From Ophelia neglecta (taxonomy: Eukaryota), in assembly GCA_965285935.1 (NCBI GenBank), contig OZ260665.1, positions 18,166,001 through 18,230,000 of the forward strand: 64,000 nt of DNA. Reading direction: 5' to 3'. The notes under the pieces were generated by a model. It had not been told where the DNA came from, did no database searches, and saw only the letters and a list, made by a program, of their open reading frames with translations. Positions 63,934 through 64,000 of the stretch are shown in pieces. Both the position numbers and the translations under genes were made by a program. Position 1 is the first letter of the stretch, and each line of letters opens with the position of its first letter.

Positions 63934-64000
63934 GTATATTATATATTTTTAATCATCATAGTTAAAATGATGATTATGCATCATTATTATTAAAAATTGT

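Overview
Intron-rich, AT-rich animal nuclear DNA, most consistent with a marine invertebrate (lophotrochozoan-type SINEs; organism not identified). Five host genes can be assembled by hand with phase-consistent GT-AG introns: (1) a ~2240-aa, largely low-complexity nuclear protein with an N-terminal AT-hook and a C-terminal MYND zinc finger (+, 868-9777); (2,3) two tandem secreted Reeler-domain 'defence protein'-type genes with identical 4-exon structure (-, 14954-17456 and 18485-20411); (4) mitochondrial DNA polymerase gamma catalytic subunit POLG, 23 coding exons, ~1265 aa (-, 31321-57090); (5) the first two exons of a ubiquilin, head-to-head with POLG (+, 57913 onward). Mobile DNA includes a very young full-length Gypsy LTR element inside a POLG intron, decayed L2/CR1 LINEs, two tRNA-headed SINEs, a TTAA-flanked Kolobok-type element, several MITEs, and a 750-bp hairpin element whose internal segment is the reverse complement of its joined ends. 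The most striking unexplained pattern is that the larger intronic tandem repeats here are mostly copies of an adjacent exon-intron junction (at least 7 junctions in two genes), producing arrays of decoy splice sites. All calls were made by eye; no database searches were run.
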